From the NCBI GenBank assembly GCA_964016885.1, contig OZ024750.1:2294001-2358000 (forward strand): a stretch of 64,000 nucleotides of DNA, given 5' to 3'. This document shows positions 63,771 to 64,000 of the stretch, one piece after another (the stretch's first letter is position 1; every line of letters starts with the position of its first letter). Under the pieces are notes generated by a model that made no database searches, was not told the origin of the DNA, and saw only the letters and a program-made list of their open reading frames with translations. This DNA is from Eledone cirrhosa. Taxonomy: Eukaryota. The translations under genes and the position numbers were made by a program.

Positions 63771-64000
63771 GTTAGTTCAATGCTAAGCTCTGTTTTATTT
63801 ATCATAATCACATAACCATAAAAACCAAATGGAAAGGGTTTTTTTAAGGTTTGTTTGATCTTGTAACATTGGTTTATGCTTCCAGCTAACCAATCTACTG
63901 ATTCACTATATTGATGTCGTGTGTGCTTGTAACTTGGTGCAGAACAAATATTGCAAAGGAGTTTGTTTGAAAAGCATATTTTATTTTATTTTATCTTTTG

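Overview
AT-rich, microsatellite-dense animal genomic DNA. The SINE/LINE repertoire points to an octopod cephalopod (inference). I assembled four intron-containing genes by hand from GT-AG sites, checking reading phase across junctions: (1) the last two exons of an unidentified + strand gene (762-849, 8570-8737); (2) a complete - strand AXDND1-like gene with 25 coding exons (48521 down to 9811, about 1109 aa); (3) a complete + strand SURF2 (51310-57334), head-to-head with AXDND1 and carrying a tandemly duplicated exon; (4) the first four exons of CACYBP/SIP (59920 to beyond the window end). Introns are filled with RTE and CR1 LINE 3' ends, tRNA-derived SINEs, piggyBac-like and mariner-like MITEs, non-autonomous Helitrons, TE-derived minisatellites and (TA)n satellites. 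There is a 200-N gap at 4178-4377. The most unusual signals are a fold-back Helitron with CTAG|TC head-to-tail junctions on both strands around a two-way palindromic 3' terminus (37423-38661, with the same terminus at 26801-26838), two type I hammerhead ribozyme motifs (47099-47165, 23297-23352), recurrent satellite birth inside MITEs and SINE tails, and an RFX/ETS/YY1 bidirectional promoter. Gene names rest on remembered similarity to vertebrate proteins; no database search was run.
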